This document shows, in pieces, positions 44,901-51,800 of a stretch of DNA of 64,000 bases; position 1 is the first letter of the stretch, and each line of letters starts with the position of its first letter. The stretch comes from Lama glama (taxonomy: Eukaryota). Made by a program: the position numbers and the translations under genes. The stretch spans positions 39,680,001-39,744,000 of the forward strand of contig CM052823.1 of the NCBI GenBank assembly GCA_028534125.1, written 5' to 3'. The notes beneath the pieces were generated by a model. The model was not told where the DNA came from. It did no database searches and was given only the letters and a program-made list of their open reading frames with translations.

Positions 44901-47697
44901 CTATACTTTGAGAAACTTGTGTCATATTTAATGGGGTTTCTAGCAAATGAAATTCCAGAGACACCCTTCATATCCATAAAGATAATCTTCAGCTTAAATT
45001 CTCAGCAAAGTGGTTTTGACTCAGAAATACTTAGGGAAGAGCCTCAAAGATGGTTCTGAAATTGGGTTCTATACATTGAGGAAGGTGTTTATCTTTCTGT
45101 TCCATTTATCCACAGCAACTTGTACTGGACAGACTGGAACCGAGAAGCTCCTAAAATTGAAATGTCGTCTTTAGATGGAGAAAACAGAAGAATTCTAGTG
45201 AATAAAGACATTGGACTGCCCAATGGTTTAACCTTTGACCCCTTCTCCAAACTGCTCTGCTGGGCAGATGCAGGTAACATACTGCTGGCATGCAGATACA
45301 GAAGACTGCAGTGTTCGTGAGTACGAGCACTCTAACAGATCTTACAGTAACCAAATCCTCCATTTAGAACTTTTGGCTTAAAACAGTATAGCAAATAATC
45401 TACTTTGTTCGGTATGTAAACTTTTAAAGAACACTTTATAATGATTCTCAAAGAACTTCCTGAGGTTTTGGGTGTATGTGTGTGAACCAGGTGGTGAGTT
45501 TGAGGGCCAGGCCTATGTCCAGTTCTTTTTTGTACTGCTTGCCCTTCCCCTACACGAGCATTTGGCCTACTTTTTAGGTTAAAAAGTATCACCCACTGTT
45601 GGAACGGACAAGCTTAGATAAAGTAACAAGGGTTATTCTTTTTTTTTTTGCCAGTATTGTAACATTTATAAATGTTATTTTAACAGACAGTAAGCTGTTA
45701 TGCTGAGGACATTCTTTGATAAGTGATGTGGCAGGGTGGCTTCCTTCAGTAATAAACTAGGGTTGCCATTTCCCAAGTTGTCTTTCTGTTGTGTGATTTT
45801 ATTATGAGCACAGCTGAACAGATGCTATGTTTAGGTATTTACTCAAGAATATGGAAAAGGCCGTTCTTAAAAAATTTACACGTAGTAAAATGGATGATGA
45901 TGTGGATGGGTCACTATTATAACCCAGCTGCCCAAAACAACAGTTACATTTTAAAAAAGTATTTGAAATTTAAATCAGGGTTTCATGAGACATGTGAACT
46001 TGTATATTCTTGACTTGTTTAACCAATGCAAAATTTACACTGAAAAGGATGAGCCATGACCATTTTACTTCTTAGTCCTACCTAGAAATCATATACTCTT
46101 TAAAAAAAGTTTAAGGATTTTAGTTAAAAAGCAGCCATGACTATTATTATATACTGCTTACAAAGGGCAAGTACTTACCCAAGGGTTATGTTTATAGTTT
46201 ATGTGCTAACACTTGAAATTACATCAATGATAAAAAAAAAGTTAATCTCTGAAGTTCTACTTTGGGAGAAACTTAGTCAGACTTGTATAAATGCAAACCT
46301 TTCTTCCAAAAAAGGCTTAAAAGTTTAAATTCCATTAAAAACTAGAAGGCTATTAAACTGAAGACTGGTAATAGAACAGGAAAACGTATTACTGCACTAG
46401 GAATAAAATATTTTTGGTAAAGGAATAAAGGATTTTTTTCCTCATGGTATGAAAGGATCTTTCCCCTCTTTGATGTTTTAAAAGGAACTAAAAAACTGGA
46501 GTGCACACTACCTGACGGAACTGGACGGCGTGTCATTCAAAACAACCTCAACTACCCCTTCAGCATCGTCAGCTACGCAGACCACTTCTACCACACCGAC
46601 TGGAGAAGGTGAGCCTGACACACTGTGGTCAAGCCTGAAAAGGCAAACTGTTCTGGAGGACACACCACTTGTACCAAATGTCAGTAAGTGACTTTAGTAA
46701 TTAAGCCCTCTGCTGACGTTTTCATCATTTCATTCTCTTTGTTAGTGCCATGAGGTAGCTTAGTTACATGATTTAAATTGATTTTTTAAAATAATGACAT
46801 TTAGACAAATTAGTTTTCCCATAGGGAGAATGAAAAATACCATAACTTAGACTAGGAGCTGGGAAATAGATGTCTGCCCTTCTAGCCCATCGCCAAGTAT
46901 TTTGACTTACCGGGTCTGGCATGAGGCCCAGGCATCAGTATTTTAACAGATCCTCAAATAATTCCAGTGTGTAGCTGGGGTTGAGAACACTGATTTGGAC
47001 CAGTGGTTCTCAAATTTTGGCGTGGCATCAGAATTATCCCAAGCTCTTGTTAAAACCATATTGATGGGTCCCACTCTAGAGTCTGACTCAGTAGGTCTGA
47101 AGTGAAGCCCAAGAATTTGCATTGCTGACAAGTTACCAGATGACTCTGGCTTGAGGACCACTTTGAGAACCACTAATACAGACAAATCTTCCGAATCTGA
47201 TTCAAAACTCATTGGTTAATTTTAAAAATAGACTCTAGAAGTTTTGCAGAGATTCTATTGATAAACTGACTTTTCTATTCAACCTGAAATCCTATGAATT
47301 CACGCTTCCTTTCTGTTACCAGGGATGGTGTTATATCAGTAAATAGAGACAGTGGCCAGTTTATGGATGAGTATCTCCCAGAGCAGCGATCTCATCTCTA
47401 CGGGATAACTGCAGTCTACCCCTACTGCCCAACAGGTAAATGAATGTGCGCAGGCTGCTCCTTTGGGTCAGTTGGGTGGAGGATAGATCGGGTAACTGAT
47501 TACTCTTAGCCTGATGCTGCTACCACCAGTGAGAGCCACTGAGAGCTAAACAAGCTAGTGGCCAACAAATGGGGGTGACCAGTCTACTGCTCTGAGTCTT
47601 CCTAGCTTAACTAAACATACAAAAAAGGCCAGCCTATAAAAGACTTGCAATTTGGTTATAAAATATGCTGTCCCCTCCCCCTACAGGAAGAAAGTAA
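2284..47697 (+). CDS. NID2: Nidogen-2, 5'-partial spliced CDS: 18 exons in window, 3400 nt (1 leftover base + 1132 codons + TAA)
   Basis: Exon translations match recalled nidogen-2 ([15 protein letters not shown]; VFTYNAA..ETCEHNH; [12 protein letters not shown]; [12 protein letters not shown]; [20 protein letters not shown]; YPYCPTGRK*). All junctions are GT-AG and exon phases are mutually consistent. Confidence 0.98.
4015..4140 (+). mobile_element. MIR remnant
   Basis: agagcactggtgtcagatttgggtttgaatcctggctgt...gggtgacact...aagcctctgatttc. Confidence 0.65.
4905..5102. mobile_element. MER2/Tigger-family MITE with terminal inverted repeats
   Basis: agtcagccctctgtatccgtggttctgc ... gtagaacccgcggatactgagggccagctgta form an imperfect TIR pair, ending in TA. 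Confidence 0.7.
6803..6895 (+). repeat. 45-bp tandem duplication with (caaa)n tail
   Basis: agcatcactctgtaccacacacatacaccaaaaacaaacaaacac followed by agcatctctctgtaccacatacatacaccaacaaacaaac. Confidence 0.9.
8490..8635. mobile_element. MER5A-like hAT remnant
   Basis: gaatcacctgggga...gagaattagcatatttaacaggcagcccaggtgattccaatgc. Confidence 0.6.
11090..11310 (+). mobile_element. MIR remnant
   Basis: gttaagaatctggagccagagttctgggttcaaatccc...gtgacttcagg...tctgtgcctc. Confidence 0.7.
12635..12784 (+). CDS. NID2: NID2 exon 6 (EGF1)
   Basis: tttccag|TCTTCACG; GAA G|gtgagg; 150 nt; [50 protein letters not shown]. Confidence 0.97.
13213..13458 (+). CDS. NID2: NID2 exon 7 (G2 domain)
   Basis: tctcag|GG GCG CCT; ACA G|gtgagt; 246 nt; [12 protein letters not shown]...NGFSLT. 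Confidence 0.97.
14686..14886 (+). CDS. NID2: NID2 exon 8 (G2 domain)
   Basis: tttccag|GT GCT ACC; TCA G|gtgcgt; 201 nt; [17 protein letters not shown]...KELYHYSDS. Confidence 0.97.
15211..15377 (-). mobile_element. Camelid tRNA-derived SINE (Vic-1-like) with 17-bp TSD
   Basis: ggaggtactggggattgaaccc...ctaccactgagctataccctc; TSD tattggaattt(a/c)tcctt at 15194-15210 and 15378-15394. Confidence 0.88.
15425..15585 (+). mobile_element. MIR remnant
   Basis: ttttggagtcagaagacag...ggtcacttacatctgaggacctattttctcatctctagaatgag. Confidence 0.6.
16343..16573 (+). CDS. NID2: NID2 exon 9 (G2 domain end)
   Basis: ttgcag|TT GTG ACC; GAA G|gtatgg; 231 nt; [15 protein letters not shown]...[11 protein letters not shown]. 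Confidence 0.97.
16640..17040 (-). mobile_element. L2 remnant
   Basis: gccaggctctattaggtgctggg..taaggatgaataagg..gtcctgtccttgagg; aggaaagatatccctgag resembles the reversed L2 3' end. Confidence 0.55.
17100..17980 (+). mobile_element. Old L1M ORF2 fragment (RT region); resumes at ~20650
   Basis: agatcaggaataagacaaggatg, ttcaacattgtgctggaag, aaagaacaaagttgga, ttttgacaaatggttctgggacaac are decayed L1 ORF2 motifs. Confidence 0.85.
17985..18352 (+). mobile_element. Younger L1 ORF2 RT fragment, left half; resumes at 20340
   Basis: aaattggaagggaagaagtaaaactgtcactatttacagat...catgttcatggattggaagtatta; repeats an L1 region already present at ~17270-17600. Confidence 0.85.
18353..20339 (-). mobile_element. 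L1 consisting of 5'UTR + frameshifted ORF1 only, flanked by 10-bp TSD
   Basis: Minus-strand ORFs 18428..18676 and 18276..18479 give L1 ORF1p C-terminal motifs ([33 protein letters not shown]; [25 protein letters not shown]); ggaagtatta at 18343-18352 and 20340-20349. Confidence 0.85.
19799..19925 (+). mobile_element. Camelid tRNA-derived SINE (Vic-1-like) inside the L1 5'UTR
   Basis: ggggagggtaTAGCTCAGTGGtagagc...gaGTTCAATCCccagt: A box 19810-19820, B box ~19852-19862, A-rich tail. Confidence 0.88.
20340..20545 (+). mobile_element. Right half of the younger L1: short ORF2 continuation joined to an L1 3'UTR end
   Basis: attaatattgttaaaatgtcatactacccaaa continues from 18352; then tactgtacagcacagggaatatagccaata...aagtcaactgtatttcaat. 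Confidence 0.75.
20650..21900 (+). mobile_element. Old L1M ORF2 end + 3'UTR (continuation of 17100-17980)
   Basis: ataccgtatacaaaatttaact, acagaatgggagaaaatatttgcaaat, ggtgaggatgtggagaaactgaaaccctc, ggaaacaacccaaatgtccatcaa. Confidence 0.85.
21960..22440 (+). mobile_element. L1MC-type 3' end with poly(A)
   Basis: taagtgaaagaagccagtctgaaaaggc...gatcagcggttgccagggg...aatttaaaaaaaaaaaa. Confidence 0.7.
23290..23465 (-). mobile_element. MIR remnant
   Basis: gccaagcactgttctgag...tttaatcccctcaacagtcct...ttttacagaggctgagg...ggtcacagctagaaaggggtgagctgggactcaaaccc. Confidence 0.7.
23885..23963 (+). repeat. 18-bp minisatellite (cccctccccagccaccag) x ~4.4
   Basis: Units at 23885, 23904, 23921, 23939 plus a partial; differ only in C-run length. 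Confidence 0.95.
26110..26340 (+). mobile_element. MIR remnant
   Basis: gggctctggagccagactgcc...gtgtgaccttgggcaggttactt...aaagggtttagaacagtgccaggcatgtaagtgct. Confidence 0.75.
27002..27168 (-). mobile_element. L1 3'-end fragment, antisense to NID2, just upstream of exon 10
   Basis: poly(T), then aagtatagttgatttacagcgttgtgttggtttctggtgtacag...tagttccctgtgctgtacagtaggaccttg; tgcttttt on both flanks. Confidence 0.85.
27203..27346 (+). CDS. NID2: NID2 exon 10 (EGF)
   Basis: cacacag|GG GAC TCA; ATG G|gtaaga; 144 nt; [47 protein letters not shown]. Confidence 0.97.
28004..28132 (+). CDS. NID2: NID2 exon 11 (calcium-binding EGF)
   Basis: cctttag|AT GTG AAT; GTC T|gtgagt; 129 nt; [43 protein letters not shown]. 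Confidence 0.97.
28855..28990. mobile_element. MER5A-like remnant
   Basis: tacctagggaatttgttaaaatgctgattctgattcattggctctgggccagggcctgagaacctgcatt. Confidence 0.7.
29078..29221 (+). CDS. NID2: NID2 exon 12 (EGF)
   Basis: ttttcag|TG ATC GCC; ACC G|gtgagt; 144 nt; [48 protein letters not shown]. Confidence 0.97.
30236..30343 (+). pseudogene. Degenerate pseudo-exon copy of NID2 exon 11 (EGF)
   Basis: Acceptor cag|ATGTG as in exon 11; agc..acagg..cgagtg..agc and gacagaacatacgtgt (cf. gaccggcacacctgc, D-R-H-T-C); donor position reads gacagt instead of gtgagt; immediately upstream of the well-aligned intronic blocks. Confidence 0.65.
31245..31712 (-). mobile_element. MLT1 (MaLR) solo LTR
   Basis: tgtattagtaatctgttgctgtataacccattacccc...ggcagaattcagttcc...aggaagggatctttggggtcatctt. 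Confidence 0.75.
33409..34051 (+). mobile_element. 5'-truncated L1 3'UTR insertion, interrupted by 232 nt of non-L1 DNA, with 17-bp TSD
   Basis: tttgcaacaacatggatggacctagagattatcatactaagtga (33409-33490) and ttatgtggattc...tatacttcaatt (33723-34051); TSD aaaaataatc(a/c)caagca at 33392-33408 and 34052-34068. Confidence 0.88.
35225..35248. repeat. (TG)12 microsatellite
   Basis: Direct reading. Confidence 0.95.
36034..36153 (+). CDS. NID2: NID2 exon 13 (calcium-binding EGF)
   Basis: ctgcag|AT GTT GAC; CCT G|gtaagg; 120 nt; [40 protein letters not shown]. Confidence 0.97.
36685..36915 (+). CDS. NID2: NID2 exon 14 (thyroglobulin type-1 repeat 1)
   Basis: First AG after the pyrimidine tract is ggaag|AC CCC; CCA G|gtgagc; 231 nt; [13 protein letters not shown]...[16 protein letters not shown]...RCGPP. 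The 5' boundary is less certain (alternative CAG at 36694-36696). Confidence 0.9.
38990..39350 (-). mobile_element. L2 remnant
   Basis: gggaaaccagtgcgaagg...gtattttgaaggcagagctgacag...gatgactgggcctgagcaatggaaagatggaggtgc. Confidence 0.65.
39645..39695 (+). repeat. 26-bp tandem duplication
   Basis: aggatgctggagaaaggatgtgggca / aggatgctggagaaaggatgtggca. Confidence 0.92.
40381..40602 (+). CDS. NID2: NID2 exon 15 (thyroglobulin type-1 repeat 2)
   Basis: gctcag|AG CCC ACC; GCA T|gtaagc; 222 nt; [15 protein letters not shown]...[31 protein letters not shown]. Confidence 0.97.
41200..41369 (+). CDS. NID2: NID2 exon 16 (start of G3)
   Basis: ctgcag|GT ATC CCC; CAT|gtaaag; 170 nt; CIPTVAPP...[34 protein letters not shown]. 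Confidence 0.96.
43150..43360 (-). mobile_element. MIR remnant
   Basis: gtggcaattgaggagacaaaggc...ggttaagtaccaacgtcacatagctagtaagtggccaagcctgg. Confidence 0.6.
43525..43654 (+). CDS. NID2: NID2 exon 17 (LDLR class B / YWTD)
   Basis: caccaag|GGC TCC; TCA G|gtcagc; 130 nt; [43 protein letters not shown]. Confidence 0.97.
44135..44306 (+). CDS. NID2: NID2 exon 18 (YWTD)
   Basis: tttccag|GT CTG ATG; CGA GG|gtcggc; 172 nt; [58 protein letters not shown]. Confidence 0.96.
44400..44660 (-). mobile_element. L2 remnant
   Basis: tatttactgaggaactactaggtgtcaggcaccgttctgggc...catggcgcttacgttctactagg. Confidence 0.65.
45116..45273 (+). CDS. NID2: NID2 exon 19 (YWTD)
   Basis: ccacag|C AAC TTG; GCA G|gtaaca; 158 nt; [52 protein letters not shown]. 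Confidence 0.97.
46485..46608 (+). CDS. NID2: NID2 exon 20
   Basis: ttttaaaag|GA ACT AAA; AGA AG|gtgagc; 124 nt; [42 protein letters not shown]. Confidence 0.96.
46880..46992. mobile_element. MER5-like fragment directly 5' of a second MER5A
   Basis: ggtctggcatgaggcccaggcatcagtattttaac...ggggttgagaacactg. Confidence 0.6.
47001..47175. mobile_element. Near-complete MER5A hAT element with both TIRs
   Basis: CAGTGGTTCTCAAA (47001-47014) ... TTTGAGAACCACTA (47162-47175); internal tagagtctgactcagtaggtctg..gaatttgcatt. Confidence 0.85.
47323..47435 (+). CDS. NID2: NID2 exon 21
   Basis: ttaccag|G GAT GGT; ACA G|gtaaat; 113 nt; [37 protein letters not shown]. Confidence 0.97.
47687..47697 (+). CDS. 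NID2: NID2 terminal exon coding part (G-R-K-stop)
   Basis: ccccctacag|GA AGA AAG TAA; matches recalled C-terminus ...CPTGRK. Confidence 0.9.
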
Positions 47698-48400
47698 ATA
47701 TGGCCTTGTAAAGGACTTGGCGTTCACAATCAGGATCTGGACCCTAAAGAACATTTACTGCGAACAAACGTGAAGAAAGTGAAAAAGGAATTGGCCATGA
47801 GAAGTTCCTGGATATACAATATGAACATTTTCAGTGCAAAAAGACTACATTTTGTGAAAAATTTATACCTCAATCTTTACTACTGTATTTTTAAAAACAA
47901 GTTATTTCAAGTTTTAAAAAGGTAAGAGAATTTTAATTCAATGTTTATAAACACTTATATTCTACTTAAACGGTCAAATTCATTCAACTAAGAACCAACT
48001 AGAACAAGTTAAGACCCTAAATCTGATTTTTGCTATCCATTCTTTCTGGCCAAGAAATTAAAGCACATGTGATCAGTATAAAAATACACTCCTAAAGATC
48101 CTAAACCTTGATGTAGGTAGAGAAGGCTATGCAGAACTGATTGGGAAAGAACCAACTTATTTATAGTTTCCCAACAAAGGTTCTAAGTTTTTTTTTTTTT
48201 TTTACCTCTGCATCAGTGTGCATTTCTATTTATATCAAAAGGTGCTAGAATATTTCAATTTGTATTTCTGATCCTGTAAGTCCCTCTATAGAATTACCCA
48301 CAGACATTACTACATTTATATATATACATAAATACCAAAGATGTAACAGTTCTCAAATTTTCTAGATTACACCAATAAAATATTTTAAGTTTTCCTGTGA
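47698..48400 (+). other. NID2: NID2 3' UTR (approximate end)
   Basis: AT-rich sequence after the stop codon, up to ~20 nt past AATAAA at 48374; cleavage site inferred. Confidence 0.7.
48374..48379 (+). terminator. Probable NID2 polyadenylation signal AATAAA
   Basis: Canonical hexamer ~680 nt after the stop, followed by T/GT-rich sequence (tattttaagttttcctgtg). Confidence 0.7.
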
Positions 48401-48520
48401 CTTGAAGATCTGTATTGTCTATAACAAAGTTGAGGGAGGTGGCATGCACCTAAATGACAAGGGAGGAAGCAGATTAATTATAGATACATAACACAGTCAA
48501 AAAAATTCACTTGCCCCAAC

Positions 48521-48526
48521 TTTATT
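48521..48526 (-). terminator. Probable RTRAF polyadenylation signal (AATAAA on - strand)
   Basis: tttatt on + strand, ~150 nt beyond the RTRAF stop; downstream on - strand lies ttttttgactgtgt (U/GU-rich). Confidence 0.7.
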
Positions 48527-48673
48527 AAAGAAAAAGCAGTGATGGTAAATCTCTAGAACATAGTCAGTTTTCTGGGACTCGTCCCTCGAAAACATGACAT
48601 TTCCAAACACATGCCCGAGTGTACGTGGTTCCCAACTGTACTAAGTAGGTGAGAAGCTGAAATCCTAAAATGT

Positions 48674-48828
48674 TCATCTTCCAACCTTCCCCAGTCTGTG
48701 GTCTGTCTTTGGATCAGCAATAATCGCCTGAACGGCTACTATGGCCTCGTTAATTTTTGTCTGTAGCTCTCTGAGCTCTTCTATATGCAGCAACCGCAGA
48801 ATCTGAGCAGCTTCGTTAAGAACTGCAT
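48674..48828 (-). CDS. RTRAF: RTRAF exon 8 coding part
   Basis: aaacag|AT GCA GTT...GGA AGA TGA; 155 nt; DAVLNEAAQILRLLHIEELRELQTKINEAIVAVQAIIADPKTDHRLGKVGR*. Confidence 0.97.
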
Positions 48829-51800
48829 CTGTTTCATAAGAAACACCGCATTTATCAGTAACTTCTATATTTAAAGATCATTCCCTCATTTCCTCCAAAT
48901 AGTATGAATTAAAATCACTTACCTCCTGTGTCAAAACCAAGAATATGTTTGTCTAAAGCAACAGGCAAACCCTTGAGGGGGGGGGAAAGGACACAATGAG
49001 ACTTCAGTTAAGACCCACATTTTCTTCCCTCAAAGTGAAAAGCAGCTAGTTACTGTTATTTTAACCCTTTCAGCTGCAGTGGCAAGATGCCTGAGAATTT
49101 TTCTCTTTAAATTTGCCTTTTAATGAGCAAGTTTTTTCCTACTACAACTACTTAGGAAAGAATGGCCTTTACATCCAGTGGGAAAGCAGTTCCATAACCA
49201 ATCCAATCCTTGTATAAATGACAGTCCCTTTCTGCAGCAGTGCTGTCACTACTGCTATGGAAGGAAGGCTGAGCATGGCTGCTGTCACCCCATTTTAGTG
49301 TAGTAAGCAGCAGTGCGCAGGGCCAAGAGGGCTACTTAGCTTTTGCTCAAACAAGTTTATTTCTGAGCACACTAATCTGTCTTTATGAATTGTACAAATC
49401 TAAAATATACATAACTATTTTTTTCTACCAGCATGATACTTACCAGGTTATCTATATATAATTTAACTTTCAATATTTCATTTAAAGTTACTTTGAAATG
49501 GTTTAGGAAAATGAACAGAATCTAAACCATTTCATTAACCAGTCACCACCTACATATAGATAGCCCAAAGATGGTGACTATGATGATGCCAAACTATACA
49601 CAGTTCACAATAATTATCAAACAAAAAATGAGTAAAGGCAATCTAGACTTTCTGTTGATAATACTGTATAAATCATCACTAGGTAAAAAAGTCACTACAC
49701 TTTCAATATTACAAATGCTAAATTGCCACTACTCAATTCTTGCCTGATCCATTAATGCAAATCTATCCAGACTCCAAATGCTTTAAAATTACTAATGCGT
49801 TATATACGTGAAGAAACAAATGAGTATGAAAATTCAGTGAGTAAGAAACTAAACAGCAGAACTGTACTCAGTAGCTTTCTGTGTCATCCTGGGTCTGTTT
49901 TCCCTTTGTCTGCCAACAGACCATCTAGAACAGCTACCCCTGAAGATGACCACAAGCCCCCAAAGGCTAGTTATGAATGATTACAAACAAGAACACTAAA
50001 ACTACATAACTTTTTCCTTGTTATATTATAGCACAGTATCTTTTGAGATGACATTTAAGGTAAGATTTATTTAGAGCACTGAAAATAAACTGAATTTTAC
50101 TTTGTGAACAGGAGCAAAGAGATTTGGCTATGACCTCATCTGCCCTGCCTTCCAAACCAAAGGTATAGTTTTGCTGAATGACAAATGGATGATTTTATTA
50201 TGCCAGAACAATTTACTGTCTGTTCTATAGTGTGGGTGAAATAAGCTGATCTTTAATCCAATTTCCAGTGGCCTGATTCATACATAATTAATAAGCCAAT
50301 AACAACTTTTAAAAGAAACTGAGTATCTTTCAAAAGGGACTACACTGCCCTGGCGTTAATAACCTTTTAACACTGTTGGGACAGAAGACACTGGGGAGCT
50401 AGAGAGCAGGGGGAGGCACAATAGAAGAAACATTCACTGAACATATAGCAGGTGGGGACACTTATCAGATGGCTGCAGCTGCTAACCCCTGAGGACCCGG
50501 CACCACCCCCCAGTCAATGAGACTTTAGGGGCATTTGGATTCCTGGTATAGTTCATCTAGACATAACCCAGAATTATTAGCAACATACTTTCTCATGGTT
50601 TACGCTAAAAAACAGTAAAATGAGAAGAAATTTCTCTGAAGAAACAAAAGGGTGAAGGTAAAGATTTAGGTAGAAAAAAAAAGAGAAGGTGCGTCCTATT
50701 TTCCAGCAATTAGTCAACATAACCCAGTAAATTTCACAAGGGTAAGTTCTTTTAAATAAACCTTAACTAGGCACATGCAGTGGTTTGTTCTGGCAGACTG
50801 GATGTACTACTGTTGGTAGCTTCTCTAAGGTAATGAAGTGAGATAAACATGAAGTTCATTTTTCACTGAAAAATGACTGGATACAATTTGCCTAAGATTC
50901 AAATTCAATCCCACTAAAGTCAGTTATCCTTTCTCTGGGCAGTTCTAATACAGAATAGCTGTCTTAATATTCTCATGCAAAGTTTAACCTCATGACAACC
51001 AAAACAAACTTTTAGTAATAATTTAGAATTTATTTTAAAAATACATACCTCTTTTGTTTGATTTGCTTTAGCAACTGCATCCTGTGTCAGGCGCTCCTGG
51101 ACCAAAATGCGAATTGCCTAAGAAACCAAAAAATATTATTTTTACTTTTTGTTGGCTGTCATCTTTTCTTCTGAGTCTACAGAATAAGATGCCCAATTTG
51201 ATGAAATCAGAAAGGTCTCGTTCACCAACAAACTCCCTACTAAATTAAAAATAAAAATAGCTATTGTAATGAAAGTTTTCACTTTTAACATTTAATAATG
51301 TGGAATGATGTTCAAAACAATTACAAACATTTTTTGAATAGGTAATTTATGTGTGTGGTTAAAAAAGGGTACCTGGTGAAAAAGTAGATCTTCTTTTACT
51401 CCAAGCCTCAGCCATCCCCTTCAGAAAGTAATTATTGCTACCAGACCCTTGTGAATCCTCACAAGGACGTACAAATTATAAGCATGCTCAGGGATACATG
51501 CACACTCACACAAAAGCAATCTTTGACACAGAGGGTGGCATATCACGCACACTGTCCTTGCTTTCTTCACTTTATTACAGTAAGATGTTTTCAGATCTTA
51601 CAGACCATATTGTTTTTTTCATTACCAAGGCATTTTATCATGGCATACCAAGTGGACACATGCACCTGCACATGCTAACACACTCAAAAAGATTTTTTAA
51701 AACGGATTTCTAATTAGTGGATGATAGAACCCCCCAAAAAGGGAAAACTTGAAAAATAATTTTTCATAATAAACACAAACCAAATGCTACTTTTGAAAAA

